Below are positions 34,601-46,351 of a DNA stretch of 48,373 nt, piece by piece. Position 1 is the stretch's first letter. The number at the start of each line of letters is the position of its first letter. The notes under the pieces are model-generated. The model saw only the letters and a list, made by a program, of their open reading frames with translations, made no database searches and was not told where the DNA came from. Made by a program: the position numbers and the translations under genes. This stretch comes from Phoronis australis (lineage: Eukaryota > Animalia > Phoronida), in NCBI GenBank assembly GCA_002633005.1, contig NMRA01000822.1, forward strand, positions 84,268-132,640. The letters are read 5' to 3'.

Positions 34601-37600
34601 GAATTTCGATTGGATCCCAGCGTTAGCATTAAAAACAGGAACAAAGAAAATGAACTGTTTCGGAATGAGGTATGCACGAAACTGTCAATGCCATTCATTG
34701 CTCACTTCCCACCATTTCACTTTCATTTTCAATTGATAAGTGTCCAGTGCTCGATCGTCCAAAACCCAAATGTTTACGTTACATGCATATCCACGTATTT
34801 GGGCCCATGCGAAATCTATTTTCTTCAAAAAAAACTGCCACACATTATACTGGGAGGCACGTAACCTTGACGACTCGGGTGCTGGCGGGTGTGCTTTGAA
34901 TATATACATATCGTAGACATCTGGATTTCTTTTCTGTCCGCGCTTATTAGGTCTAGTTTTTAAACAGGCTAGTTGGCTGGGAAACAAGCTGTTGTAAATT
35001 GAAATTCTCTCCTGCCTCAGCCTCCTACAATTATACTTTCCCACTAGCCTGAAATAATGAAAAATGGGGGGTGCATATATAAACAGGCCTATGGCTAGTT
35101 ATGATGTTTAGAACGGATTTTGACTCACGGCCCGGGATCTAATCTTCATACTCGAAATTAAACTCGAAATGATTTTTGATATTTTTTTTCTGCTTTTGTG
35201 CAAACTAAAGATATTGATGTCCATTATTCTGTACTGGCGTACATAATGGCTTACGTGAATAACTGTCTAATCCTGGTTTGCACTTAACGACTCCAGCATT
35301 GAGGTTAAAATTTCGAGTCTGAACTCGAAGTTTTGAATATTTACTCAACTTTGTCGCTCATATCAAGTCATCAAGTGCGAATCAGGACTAGAAACTTGCA
35401 TGCATAAACCACATTCGAATAACAAACAACCCGAGTTCACATAAAAATAGAATAGAAAATGACAAAAAAGAGTCCGATTTTGTTAAGCAGGCTAAATCCT
35501 AAAAAGTTTAAGACCCAGTGCCCAGGGACATGTTTATAGTTTAGGTTAGGGTTAAGACTGTCTTCCGTATTTTACTGAAACTGCTATAAAGGAAGCTATC
35601 TCCATTAGGAATCTTCATCTTCTGCTAGTTGCCGCGTATGGCAGAAATGGTAGTGCGCTCTCAGCTCGCATAAATTGACTCAAGTGGCTCATATTTCTGC
35701 CAGAAGTGCTGACCCAAACTGACCCATTTCAGAAGTTGTAGCGTCAATTTGGGCTTGCACAGCGCATGAAACAATGGCATTGTAATTCATGCAAACCTAC
35801 ACGTGCCCAAACCAATGTATGACGAACTCTTTTTAAGAAAAAGCAAGAAACCTAAAACAGCTTTTGTGGAAGACGTAGAGATGTGGTCCAACTCCTTCGA
35901 AAATCTGCTTCAAGATCACAGTAAGTTAGTTATGTTCCGTGGACTAACGCGAAATTGTTGGCGCGAGCATTTATATCACCCATAATCAATACACTATCAT
36001 TCGGATACAATTCTTTGGCTTGAAATAAGATTTTGCTACATTTTCAATACTAGACGAGTAATCTCGGTCTGCATAAAAATAGAACATTCTGGTGGGCAAT
36101 ATGTGCAGCAAACCAATAAATGTTATTTATAACCGAACTTTACCAAATCGAACCGTAGCCAAACATTGCAAACAATCGATCTACCTTTCTGGACTCGCCT
36201 CGGCTTTGTAACTACTTTCTATGTCAGAAGCCCGGGGTCGGAGGTCGTGACCTTTTAGAAAAGCCGAGCTATTTTTGTCAAATAATGCTTTTACTCAAAA
36301 CCAATTGAAATTTTAAACAAAATAGAAAGAAATTGAATCTATAAATTAAGGTTTAGCAACTATTATAGCTTACTATACATTTTATCACGCTAAGCTTCGA
36401 CCGAGAAAATATGGTCTGCTAAAGTAGGTTACCACTGGTAACTGAGTATGACGCTCAAGTCGAAGGATCCCGACACGATACCCGCATTCAACATGAAGAT
36501 CGGTGATTTACAAGTGAGAGAAAATTAGCGATAAATTTCACTGAATTAAATTATCGTTTTTATGGAAATTATGCGTCTTATTTTTCATAACGTATAAATG
36601 TCGGTACAATGCCCTTTTTTGAACATGCGATTGTTGCGCGTGCTCATTTAAGTATTCCATTTTCACGTTCGATGACGTCAGCCGCTGAGTGGTGCAGTGG
36701 TAAAGTCGACGACTCGAAACTGATGAGGACCGGGTTCGAAACCGGCCTCGATTCCCGTCAAAATGTTATCTCACTAGTGAGATAACTAAATGGGTTATTA
36801 CACGGTTGTATTGGCCATTCGAGGCTGATATTGTGGTATAAAGCACCCCGGCCAACCCGAGATCGAGAACGCGCGGAAGGCGATCGAGAACGCGAGAAGC
36901 GAACCCAGGCAAGGTGAGTAAATTTGATGAATTTTCGTTGTTTTTACTTCCAATGTGAAACAGAGACATGCGTTCAAGGCGTGACACATTGAGGAAGGAC
37001 AAGTAGAGGTTTAGGATAGTGTCTCTTCTAATTATAGGAGAAAAATTACGTTGACCGAGGCATCGCATGAGCCAAAGGTGATTTGTATGTCATTTTGGCA
37101 AATTGCCGTAATTGGCACTAAATCAATAAACTGACCATGGAGTTATGAAGAAATGACGTGTGAAAATATAACGCAACGTTTGTTTTTTGTAGTTTTGTCA
37201 GGATCTCTGATTTTTCGACGCTTTTCAGTTGAAAGATGCGATCGAGAACGCAACGATAAGCGATCGGGAACGCAAATTTGTGTTTGTTTATGCGATCGGG
37301 AACGCATCGTGGTGTGTCGAACAGTAATGAACTTTTTACTTATAAAACGTGAAAAAGGTTACAAAATAAGTGTGGTGCAATGAATTAATCACATTTTGCG
37401 TCAATGCTGTTAGTTTCGTATCAAAACTGAACAACAGCGTAGCATATTTCCATTAAATTGCCATGAGCACTACGTGTACATCATGCATGATTTTAGTTTC
37501 ACAAACTAATTCATTTTCATTTCAGGAAATGTGAGGCGAGCTTCAACGAACATGTTACCCACGACGTGAAAGTACACCCAGCCAGGGTTTTGAAGTACAG

Positions 37601-40600
37601 GCATCTACTTTAGACGAAACCACTGAGAACAAGGGGTTCTAAACTGAAGACTCACCCAGTTGTTCCATGTGGCCTGTCAGCCAGGGGTAAACTGTTGCAG
37701 CAGATGAGTGTAGAATCTTCTCGTAAAATTGTGACAGCAAAAGGAAAAAATACTGTAGCCAGTGAAGTCAAAGAATGATGACGAGCTTGCCCATGGGGAG
37801 AGAGGGGAGTGCCGCAACACTTCACGAGATGATTCAAAGATTCCCACACATAAATGTCTGGGATCTAAAAATTGGCAAGAAGTTGTGTAAACTGGTGTGC
37901 TGATAAAACGGGTGGGATTTTACTTGATGTTTTGCTAATAAAGAGATGAACAGATTGACTTGTGGCACCCGTGTGGCTTGAATGTACGTTGTGTTTGACT
38001 CTTCTGTTTTGTATTCTTGGTCCTAAGCTCACCTGCATCTTCAGTTCATGATCTCCAGTTTAATGTGACATTGAAAAGATTGAGGCAGGTACAATACACA
38101 TACTATATTGTGATTTTCTCAAAACGTAGTCAACATGTTGTCATTAACGTCACTTCAACTACACACTGTAGTGGTTTACACAGGAAATCAACAACAATAT
38201 TATAGCCTTTCTATTATATTAATCTTTTATCAAACATATCTCAAAATTGGTCTTACAAAAATATATAACATTGCATTAGAGAAATCAACATTACAAATCA
38301 ATTGAACATTTCCAACGAATTACTTTTGGAATGTATTAGACTAAATCATCACTGAATCATAGGCAATGTATTGAGGACTGATTGACAGTATAATAGCCTC
38401 TCATAGGAAATCAACAACAACATGAAAGCAATTTCTAAAATAACCATAGGCAAAATACTAACTGGTCAGAACAATTGTATGTAAGTATTGACCAATGACA
38501 CTTAGTATAGTCATTTAAATCTACTTAAACACTACAAAAATGTACTGGTTCTGTTAAAGATCCTTTTGAAATAACACAAATATAGAAAGAAACTTGAGGA
38601 AAAAAGGTTCAAAACAAAACGTCAAAATACTACCTCATCAGACAACTACCAACCACAGACTCTGTAATTATGAATAAACTATAGTGACTTAATTATTTCA
38701 TTCATGACGTCTCTGCTTGCTATGCCTGTCGAAGGAGGCACAGTGTTTGCCTGACATGCCTCATCAGTGGCGGATCTACGTTTTCAGCAAGGGGGGGTTA
38801 GGATTCCCGCCAAGGTCGAATCCTAGGCGCGTGGCGCCGAGCGGGAGGAGGTCAGGAAGGGGGTTTCTCCTCCCGTGTAAGAAATTTTTTAGTTTTTGTA
38901 GCCAAATAGTGAAATTTTCATGCATCCTGGTAAGTTTCTGGCACTTAACATGTCTCTGGAGTTTTTCTTAAGATAATTAAAAACACTTCTCGATTTCGTC
39001 ACATGAACTTGGCACATAAGTTTCGTGAAACCATATTGTGCACATCTGGGTATGAGTCACGTCACCAGCAAAAAATTTTGTTGGAACATCTGCTTACACA
39101 CACCTTTTTTAGCATACGAAAAGTTGTATACGAAAAAGTGTGGTGCGTATACAGGGGTTTAGACAATTTCCAAATATTCAAGAGCATAATTAAGGAGCAC
39201 CGACGGGGTGTAAAAACTTGAATATCAGATTATCGCGTAACAGCAGCCTCAAGTTGTTTAAGAACGAATGCCTGTACTGTTAGTCCGGAAATAAACATGA
39301 TTGTGTTCTGTCTCGTTGCGAGAAAAACTGGCGAACGATGGTGCTCTCAACTCATAGTCTATTATTAAATGCGACAATGAATAATTAGGTATCACTTTAT
39401 TGAGCTGAATCACGTTGACAACAATTGAAAAACGTCAAATCTATCAGGAAACAAATTATCTGAAAACAGTTTCACGAAACCAAAACATCCTGTGCACAGT
39501 GGTGAAAATTCATACACTGGACTAGTTTGCAGAGGGACCAGATGTACACTGAGAGTACACAAAAAGCTGACCTGGTCCGTCACGAGATCAAGAGTACACC
39601 TGTGCTTATTATCCCTATAAAAATAGTCGATCTGTCGCGGGACCAAACAGTACTGGCTGAGATATATTGTTTTACAAAGCACACTTTGGTAAAAAAATCA
39701 CAAGACTAGTCGCGAGGGACCAGAAGTACACTGAAACTCAACATTTACACAAATCAAGCTGGCGTGGTCCGTCGCGACACCTAAAGTGTACTATGCAAAA
39801 AATTTTGAATTGAAAACTTCTCTCTAAAATTTTAATCCCCAGTGGTTACTCATAGGTTAGTCCTATCCTTCTGTTGTCTGGACTACTGAGGAATTTGTAT
39901 ATCGAATCCAATGATTTGCTCGTCTTGGAACCATTCTACCCAGATATCTTCGATGTTTGTTCCCAACGCTTGAACTTCGTCAACTGCTGTGTCAATGAGC
40001 TTGTAAGCCTCTACAATGTCAGCATCTCGTTTCGTAGCTCAGTTGACACTAAGACTCTCGAGGTTGCCAAGTCCATTCAAAAGACTTACATGCGCAACTA
40101 AATTTGATCCGTTCATCATGGGCTACTTCAAACCTTGACGAAGCATCCCAGGACCTATTTGCATCTCTTGCAATTTTCAAAATAAACGTCCCAGTGTCTG
40201 AACGCTTGAAACCCGAAGTACTAATATCAAATAAATGCCCATGGGCATGAGCGTTTCATCGGGTGAGCCTTTCTGCGGAAATTCCCAGTATAGAAGACGG
40301 CAGTGTGCTTATTGCAGGTAGACAGACGGTAGNNNNNNNNNNNNNNNNNNNNNNNNNNNNNNNNNNNNNNNNNNNNNNNNNNNNNNNNNNNNNNNNNNNN
40401 NNNNNNNNNNNNNNNNNNNNNNNNNCCCCCCCCCGTAGATCCGCCACTGTTCACCACAAAAAGGAGTGTCCTCGTGCTGTGACGCAGTGTCGCATCAGGC
40501 TCACTCTTTCTGTGAAACATTGATCACAAATAGGACACTGAATCGACTTGGTTCCTGAGTACGATGCTTCGTGTTGTGTTTTACTATATTGGTAAAAACT

Positions 40601-43600
40601 TGACGCATGCAACGCGTCCATCACAAGGCTGGTAAAGGTCTTGCTTGTTGTAGTGTCACTGTGCTTTATTGTGGCCATACTAAGTCGATTTCTTAGTTGC
40701 TAAACAAGGCTCCACAACATACACACACACACTCCTTTGTGACATGCAGCAGTGACGTTAACACCCTGAAGGACTCCTTTGTGACATGCAACAGTGACGT
40801 TAACACCCTGAAGGACTCCTCGTGTGACCACAATACAACTGAAAAAATCAAATGCATTCATGTTATGTTTGTTAGGCTAAATCTCACTTAGAAATCATGA
40901 AAAAAACGATGAAATTTAATTAATAATCAACCTATCAACTAATTCAGGCTCCGTATCACAGGCGGATTTAGGGGGGGCAAGGGGTCCCTCCCCTTGGCTG
41001 CCGCAAAATATAAAACAGCAAGAGCGTAGGGAAATGTTGAGTTTATTAATTAACCCCGGTAATTAAAATTATACGGCTAAAACAAGATTTAAATGTGTGC
41101 AGTTTTAGTGTTGGGGGGGGGCTCAGATCCAATTTCAAGTGTCAAGTTCGGAACACGGCGCAATCGTAACGGAACTCATGGCTAAGTATAGGCTCTCCCG
41201 CGATATCCCAGGCGACCAGCAGTGGCGCTGGGCATATCGACTCCGTTTCCGTGGTCTGCTCTACTGTGCAATGAAGAAAATTACCTTTGACGTACGTTCA
41301 TGAAATTTGGCACATGTGTTCCTTTCATGGATAGGACGGCATGAGCGTACTTTCGGACATACCCGACAACCGGTGTGCTCCCCAAGTGGCAATTTTAGTT
41401 TTTTACGCTTACCGCTACATCTTCAAAGGTCCTCAACGTATTGTCATAAAATGTGGCATATAGGCATCTATTAGTGAGATGACGCTATCCTTCCGTTTGT
41501 GTATGGATTCGACGAAGTTTGCGCCACCTAGTGGCCGTGTTTGCTGTTTTTTCGAGTCTGATGATTGTGAAAATTGGCATGTATGTTCTTATTATATAGA
41601 GGACGGCTGACGATGATTTTCCGACAATTTCGTCTACTGCGGCGTCTTCTAATGGCAGTTTTTTTGCGCCCATGGCTGTATCTCCTAAACCGTTGGCAGA
41701 ATCTTTACTAAATTTAGCAAGTGTATTTATATGACGTTGACAATGAATGACGACGACTTTCGGACGCATCTGACTACCGGTGTGCTCCCTAGTAGCAATT
41801 TCAGTTTTTTACGTTTACCTCTGTATCTTCAAAGGTCCTCAACTTATTGCCATAAAATTTGGCGTATAGGCATCTATTAGTGAGATGACGCAATCATCCC
41901 GTTTTCGGATGGATTTGACGTAGTTTGCGCCACCTAGTGGCCATTTTTACTGTTTTTAGTCAGTTTTTGGCGTCCACCCCTCTATCAACCAAACGGCTCT
42001 AAGGATGATTGTGAAAATTGGCATTTATGTTCTTACTACGAAGCTGACGATGATTATCCGACGACTTTGAGTACTGTAGCGCCTCCTAGTGTTTTTTTTG
42101 CGCCCATGGCTGTATCTCTTAAACCGTTTGCAGGATCTTTGCTAAATTTAGCAAGTGTGTTTATATTATGTTCACAACAGATGACAACTTTCGGACGAAT
42201 CTGACTACCAGTGTGCCCCCTAGTGGCAATTTTATTTTTTTAGGCTTACCTCTGTATCTTCAAAGGTCCTCAACAGATTTTCAGAAAAATTGGAATATAG
42301 GCATCTATTGGTGAGATGATGGTATCCTCCCGTTTTTGGATGGAATCGAGGTACTTTGCGCCACCTAGTGGCCATTTTTCCTGTTTTCGAGTCTGTTTTT
42401 TGGCGTTCACCCCTCGATCAACCAAACCGTTCTAAGAATGATTTTGAAAATTGGCGTGTATGTTCTCAGTGTGAAGAGGGTGGTTGACTATAACGAATTC
42501 GACTACTATGGCGCCTCCTAGTGGTAGTTTTGTTTTGTTTTGCACCCACAGCTGCAGCTCCTTAACACAATGAAGGATCGTTATTAAATTTAGCAATTGT
42601 ATTTATATGAAGCTAACAACAAACGACGCCTTTCAGGAAGCTCCAATGAACGATGTGCCCCATAATGGCAATTTCATTTTTTCCGTTTTCCCTTGTTTCT
42701 CTGAAGTTCCTTGACAGATTTTTATGAAATTTGGTAAATAGCTTTATATTAAAGAAGCGATGGCATTTTTCCGTTTTCAGATGGATTGGATGTTTTTGTG
42801 TAATCTAGTGGCTATTTTTATGAATCATATAAACAACCCTAGAAGCACACCGTTTGCGGTGCATTCGTGGGTGCATTTCAACGCTCCGCGTTACTCTTGT
42901 AGTTTTCTTCAACTTTACAGACGGACTTTTGCACCTTTGTGAATATCTGAAAGGAAAATCTTTGAGTGATGAGCCAGTGCTGTTTTGGAAGGCGTGTGAC
43001 GAGTACCTCCATGCCAAACCCAATAAACTGGAGGCGAAAGCCCACCAGATCTACGACGATTATTTAGCTGATATCACTGAACATCAGACGGTAAGACAAT
43101 TAGATAGCAAAACAACTACTGTCCAAGGCGTGGATTAAGAGGGATGTCCATGGGATCCGAACGTAATCGACCAGCTAAGCCCCTTTCGCACTGTTGCAAT
43201 GGAGGAATGTGAAGCGATCCCTACAGGAGCTCTATTAACCTCAATTCGACACGGTGTCGAATTGAGGTTAATAGAGCTCCTGATATTTAAAAGGCCATCA
43301 GAGCCAATTTAAAGGGACAAGAACTCCCTACGTTCATGTGTGAAGAGCAAGAGCTCTTTTGGTTTTTCTCCTGCATTTTCCCGCTTTTTCGCGTTCATGA
43401 AACTTCAATGTTACATTCCTCCCACTAGCTTACAATATCGTGAAGAGGTGTGAATATAGGTTAAGCCGCAGCAACTTTAATCAGCCGCTTGTATGGCACT
43501 ATAGTAAATAGATGAGACGAGCAGGCGAGTTCTTAGGACCACTGATTAAAATTAACGGGGCAGTAAAAATTAACTTCAATATGGTAATTGCAAATATTGA

Positions 43601-45622
43601 TGCTTAACTTAATATTTGTTTAGTGAAGGTACAACCATTAAAAACAAATGGAACCACCTGATTTAGGCGATATTCCTAGAATTCCAAAGCTCACCCACCG
43701 ATATTAACGATGTGCACTGCAGATTGTACTTCCAATGCGCATGCTCGACGTCAAATCAAAATAACGTAAGTGGCGACACGTCCTGGTGAGAGTCACGAAA
43801 GTAAATATTAGAGCACGTGTTCTTGCAAAAAGTGTGCATCAAAATTACATGTCTATATATCTTTTGTGTTTTCATTTGACTTAAATGAACATGTTCTTTA
43901 TATAAAAGTAGTCGGATTCGTTCCAGAGTGTGCTTTCAGTGCCGCATTTAGGGGGGCAAGGGGGCCATGCCCCCCAAAAATTCTCCCAGATACCGTGACC
44001 ATTTGGCAGTTTGGGGTGCGAATTTATGACTAGCATATGCGCGCACCCAGGGTGGCTCGGGGGGGCGAATGCACAATGCATAGGCCTTGAACAAACCCCG
44101 TTTACCGGTTTTTTGTTATTAATAAGGTTCCACCTGAGACCCCTGCATCTCTACATTTTAGACTGGGCTCGTGCATGTGGTGAAATTCTGGTTATCCCTA
44201 TGCCCTGCCCCCCNGATTCGTTCCAGAGTGTGCTTTCAGTGCCGCATTTAGGGGGGCAAGGGGGCCATGCCCCCCAAAAATTCTCCCAGATACCGTGACC
44301 ATTTGGCAGTTTGGGGTGCGAATTGATGACTAGCATATGCGCGCACCCAGGGTGGCTCGGGGGGGGGCGAATGCACAATGCATAGGCCTTGAACAAACCC
44401 CGTTTACCGGTTTTTTGTTATTAATAAGGTTCCACCTGAGACCCCTGCATCTCTACATTTTAGACTGGGCTCGCGCATGTGGTGAAATTCTGGTTATCNC
44501 GCCTCACTCAACTCAAAATCCTGGTTTTCATCACGGCATTGCTCACCATAACTCTAGTAAAACACTGGGTTTTATTACTACACCTCTCCGATCGACTCGC
44601 GCCTCTGCCAAATGAACAGCACTAAACTTTCATGATCAACCAATGCTGTGTCACGCCTGTTGTTGTTTTCACGTGGTGCGAGGCTATTTTGAGCATGCGC
44701 ATTAGAGCGCAGTGTACCCATCGTTTAATCGGTGAGTGAGCTGCGGAATTTTGAGGCATGTTGCCCGCATCAGAAAGTATTTGTCTTTAATGGTTGTGAC
44801 TTCACTAAAGGAACATTAATACTAATAATCACCGATTTTAAGTGTATTATTAATTGCTCTGCAAATTTTAATCACCAAAAACTCACCTGCTCGACGGTCA
44901 CATTGAATCGCTCTTGTATACCCTCTACATATTATAGTACTTAACGTCGAGCGGCCGGTGAGAGTACTTGACTTTATTCCCAGGCAAAGAAATAGGTCTA
45001 CTGTAGAATTTGCAATTATATGACAGATAGGGCGGATAAACGCACTTGTAAGTTCACTATCGCACAGTAGTACATTACAACGAGAACTGCATTGCCACGC
45101 AAACATCTTTCGGTGGCTTCTTCAACTGATCGTCTGGCAATGGCGTCACAGGATGCGTCAAAGCCGTCTATTTAATACAACGCATTGATGTTAAGTTGTG
45201 GCATTTGTCAAAAGGCTTCCATCTCTCAGTTATGCAACTTGGTTAATAGTGGCGGAATTAGAGGGGGCCATGCCCCCCTCTAAAATTCTCCCTATATTCC
45301 ATTTGGCAGTTCGGGGGTGGGAATGCCTGACGGGAAAAGTCTTGGCTAATACTCTGCCCTGGCCCCTACCCTACTCAAAATCCTGGTTAATACTTTATTA
45401 TTTGGCCTTACTCATTTCGCGATTGCTTTTCCACAGATTAAGATTCTGGATCCAACCACATTACGTAACACCATTCATCAGGCATTATCGAGTCCAGACC
45501 GACAGACGTTTCAAGAAGCACAACAACAGATTCAGCAAGTAATCGAAAAGGACTATTATCCCCAGTTTATTAATTCGGGTGACTACTTGGATCTATTGAA
45601 GACCTCTCCGTCCAGATATTGA
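31513..45622 (+). CDS. Divergent RGS-domain paralog (RGS-B), 159 aa; join(31513..31553 [or duplicate 31087..31127],35838..35920,42921..43090,45437..45622)
   Basis: Spliced product: MTTLKDHLNASFCKKSKKPKTAFVEDVEMWSNSFENLLQDHNGLLHLCEYLKGKSLSDEPVLFWKACDEYLHAKPNKLEAKAHQIYDDYLADITEHQTIKILDPTTLRNTIHQALSSPDRQTFQEAQQQIQQVIEKDYYPQFINSGDYLDLLKTSPSRY. It has the same intron positions and phases (2,1,0) as RGS-A and shares NSFENLLQD. Confidence 0.85.
31805..33360 (-). mobile_element. Decayed L1/Tx1-clade LINE reverse transcriptase fragment
   Basis: Broken motifs FWKEISPFL, REYIKNWKPI, IYPNQTGFIPGRFIGENTRVINDI, CRQGDLLPPYLFVVCAE, FLDGSETSL; AATAAA near the 3' end (~31811). Confidence 0.85.
34339..34529 (+). 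mobile_element. Short 5'-truncated retroposon insertion with 11-bp TSD
   Basis: TCTGGAAGACG is repeated at 34328-34338 and 34530-34540. The insert has an ACCCAGA...TCTGGGT hairpin and ends AATAAAA. Confidence 0.65.
35838..35920 (+). CDS. RGS-B exon 2
   Basis: KSKKPKTAFVEDVEMWSNSFENLLQDH; tttttaag| and |gtaagt. Confidence 0.88.
36681..36755 (+). pseudogene. tRNA-derived sequence (pseudo-tRNA or SINE head)
   Basis: A-box TGGTGCAGTGG and B-box GGTTCGAAACC at tRNA spacing, with a CT-CGA-AA loop-like motif; the stems are broken. Confidence 0.55.
38765..40449 (-). mobile_element. hAT-derived DNA transposon copy 2 with transposase remnant
   Basis: Same TIRs as copy 1. Minus-strand ~39870-40080 reads NGLGNLESLSVN*ATKRDADIVEAYKLIDTAVDEVQALGTNIEDIWVEWF, resembling PRKRIR/THAP12-type hAT transposase. 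Confidence 0.85.
40731..40819. repeat. 42-bp tandem duplication
   Basis: ACTCCTTTGTGACATGCA(G/A)CAGTGACGTTAACACCCTGAAGG x2 plus a partial copy. Confidence 0.9.
41170..42900. mobile_element. Same tandem-repeat element family, longer copy in RGS-B intron 2
   Basis: Units at ~41350, 41757, 42189 and 42630; imperfect hairpin near 41200-41240; shared terminus ending 20 bp before the RGS-B exon 3 acceptor. Confidence 0.78.
42921..43090 (+). CDS. RGS-B exon 3
   Basis: GLLHLCEYLKGKSLSDEPVLFWKACDEY...KAHQIYDDYL; tttacag| and |gtaaga. Confidence 0.92.
43224..43282. repeat. Perfect 59-bp palindrome (29-bp arms, 1-nt spacer)
   Basis: CAGGAGCTCTATTAACCTCAATTCGACAC-G-GTGTCGAATTGAGGTTAATAGAGCTCCTG. Confidence 0.95.
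43480..44955. mobile_element. Old foldback element with long degenerate arms and a nested GC-rich MITE, in RGS-B intron 3
   Basis: ~43520-43746 matches the reverse complement of ~44691-44892 in blocks (GCAGG.GAGTT, TGATTAAAATT, AGCTCAC.CACCGAT, AATGCGCATGCTC). Confidence 0.6.
43915..44498. other. ~285-bp direct duplication bounded by single Ns (probable assembly artefact)
   Basis: The second copy, 44215-44498, is flanked by N44214 and N44499. Confidence 0.8.
45437..45622 (+). CDS. RGS-B exon 4
   Basis: IKILDPTT...FQEAQQQIQQVIEKDYYPQFINSGDYLDLL...*; tttccacag| acceptor. Confidence 0.92.
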   Translation: MKILDPTTLRNTIHQALSSPDRQTFQEAQQQIQQVIEKDYYPQFINSGDYLDLLKTSPSRY

Positions 45623-45660
45623 ATGAATCTATGACTCAATGGCAGCAATTCACAGAAGAC

Positions 45661-45666
45661 AATAAA
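45661..45666 (+). terminator. Candidate polyadenylation signal of RGS-B
   Basis: AATAAA 38 bp after the stop codon. Confidence 0.5.
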
Positions 45667-46351
45667 ATGCAATTCTGTTTTAGGTCCACAACGATCGAGA
45701 GACATTCGTTTATTGTACTCATTTAGTATTTAGTGAATATTGTCATTATATGGCAATATTTTTCAACAAAATATTCATTCTTGTTCTTCTTCTTTTTTTG
45801 AAATGTTCAACCCTAAAAACTTTTATTAGTCCATCTGGATTGTACACTCTATCACAGAGCTAAACGAAAGTTAGCATTGTAGAATGTTGTTTAATATGGC
45901 CTCCCATTGGTTAAAGTAATGAAACTGACGTCATAACATTCAGCCATTCCCATTGGTTGAAAGTTGGAAAACCCCTTTCAGTTTACAAATAACGAAGTGT
46001 GGCGACCACGGATTTAAATAGTTACATTTTATTAAAACGGACAGTGGTGGAAGTGAATAAGACCAAGAAAACCCCGATACAATGGCTTAAGCCGAAACAA
46101 ATCCGATGTATAAAGGTGTGAGTCAGTGGTGGCGATGTGGTCGGTATATTGCCGACGGGATGATGGAAGTACTGCCTATCTACGCGGACTTGCTTGCAGA
46201 GCGGGGACAATTTGAGAAGTCTGTGTGTCTAGTAATCAGCCGGCTGAATGCCATTCTGGCCCAACAGAGATATATAGGGAAGCTATAATTCTATCTTTTG
46301 GTGAAGAAAGTGAACTGGTGAACACTAACTTAATTTGTTTTCATAATTACA

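Noticed and set aside
37650-37910. Cys/His-containing fragments reminiscent of a PHD finger
   Set aside because: Spread over different frames with stops; cannot be supported without a profile search.
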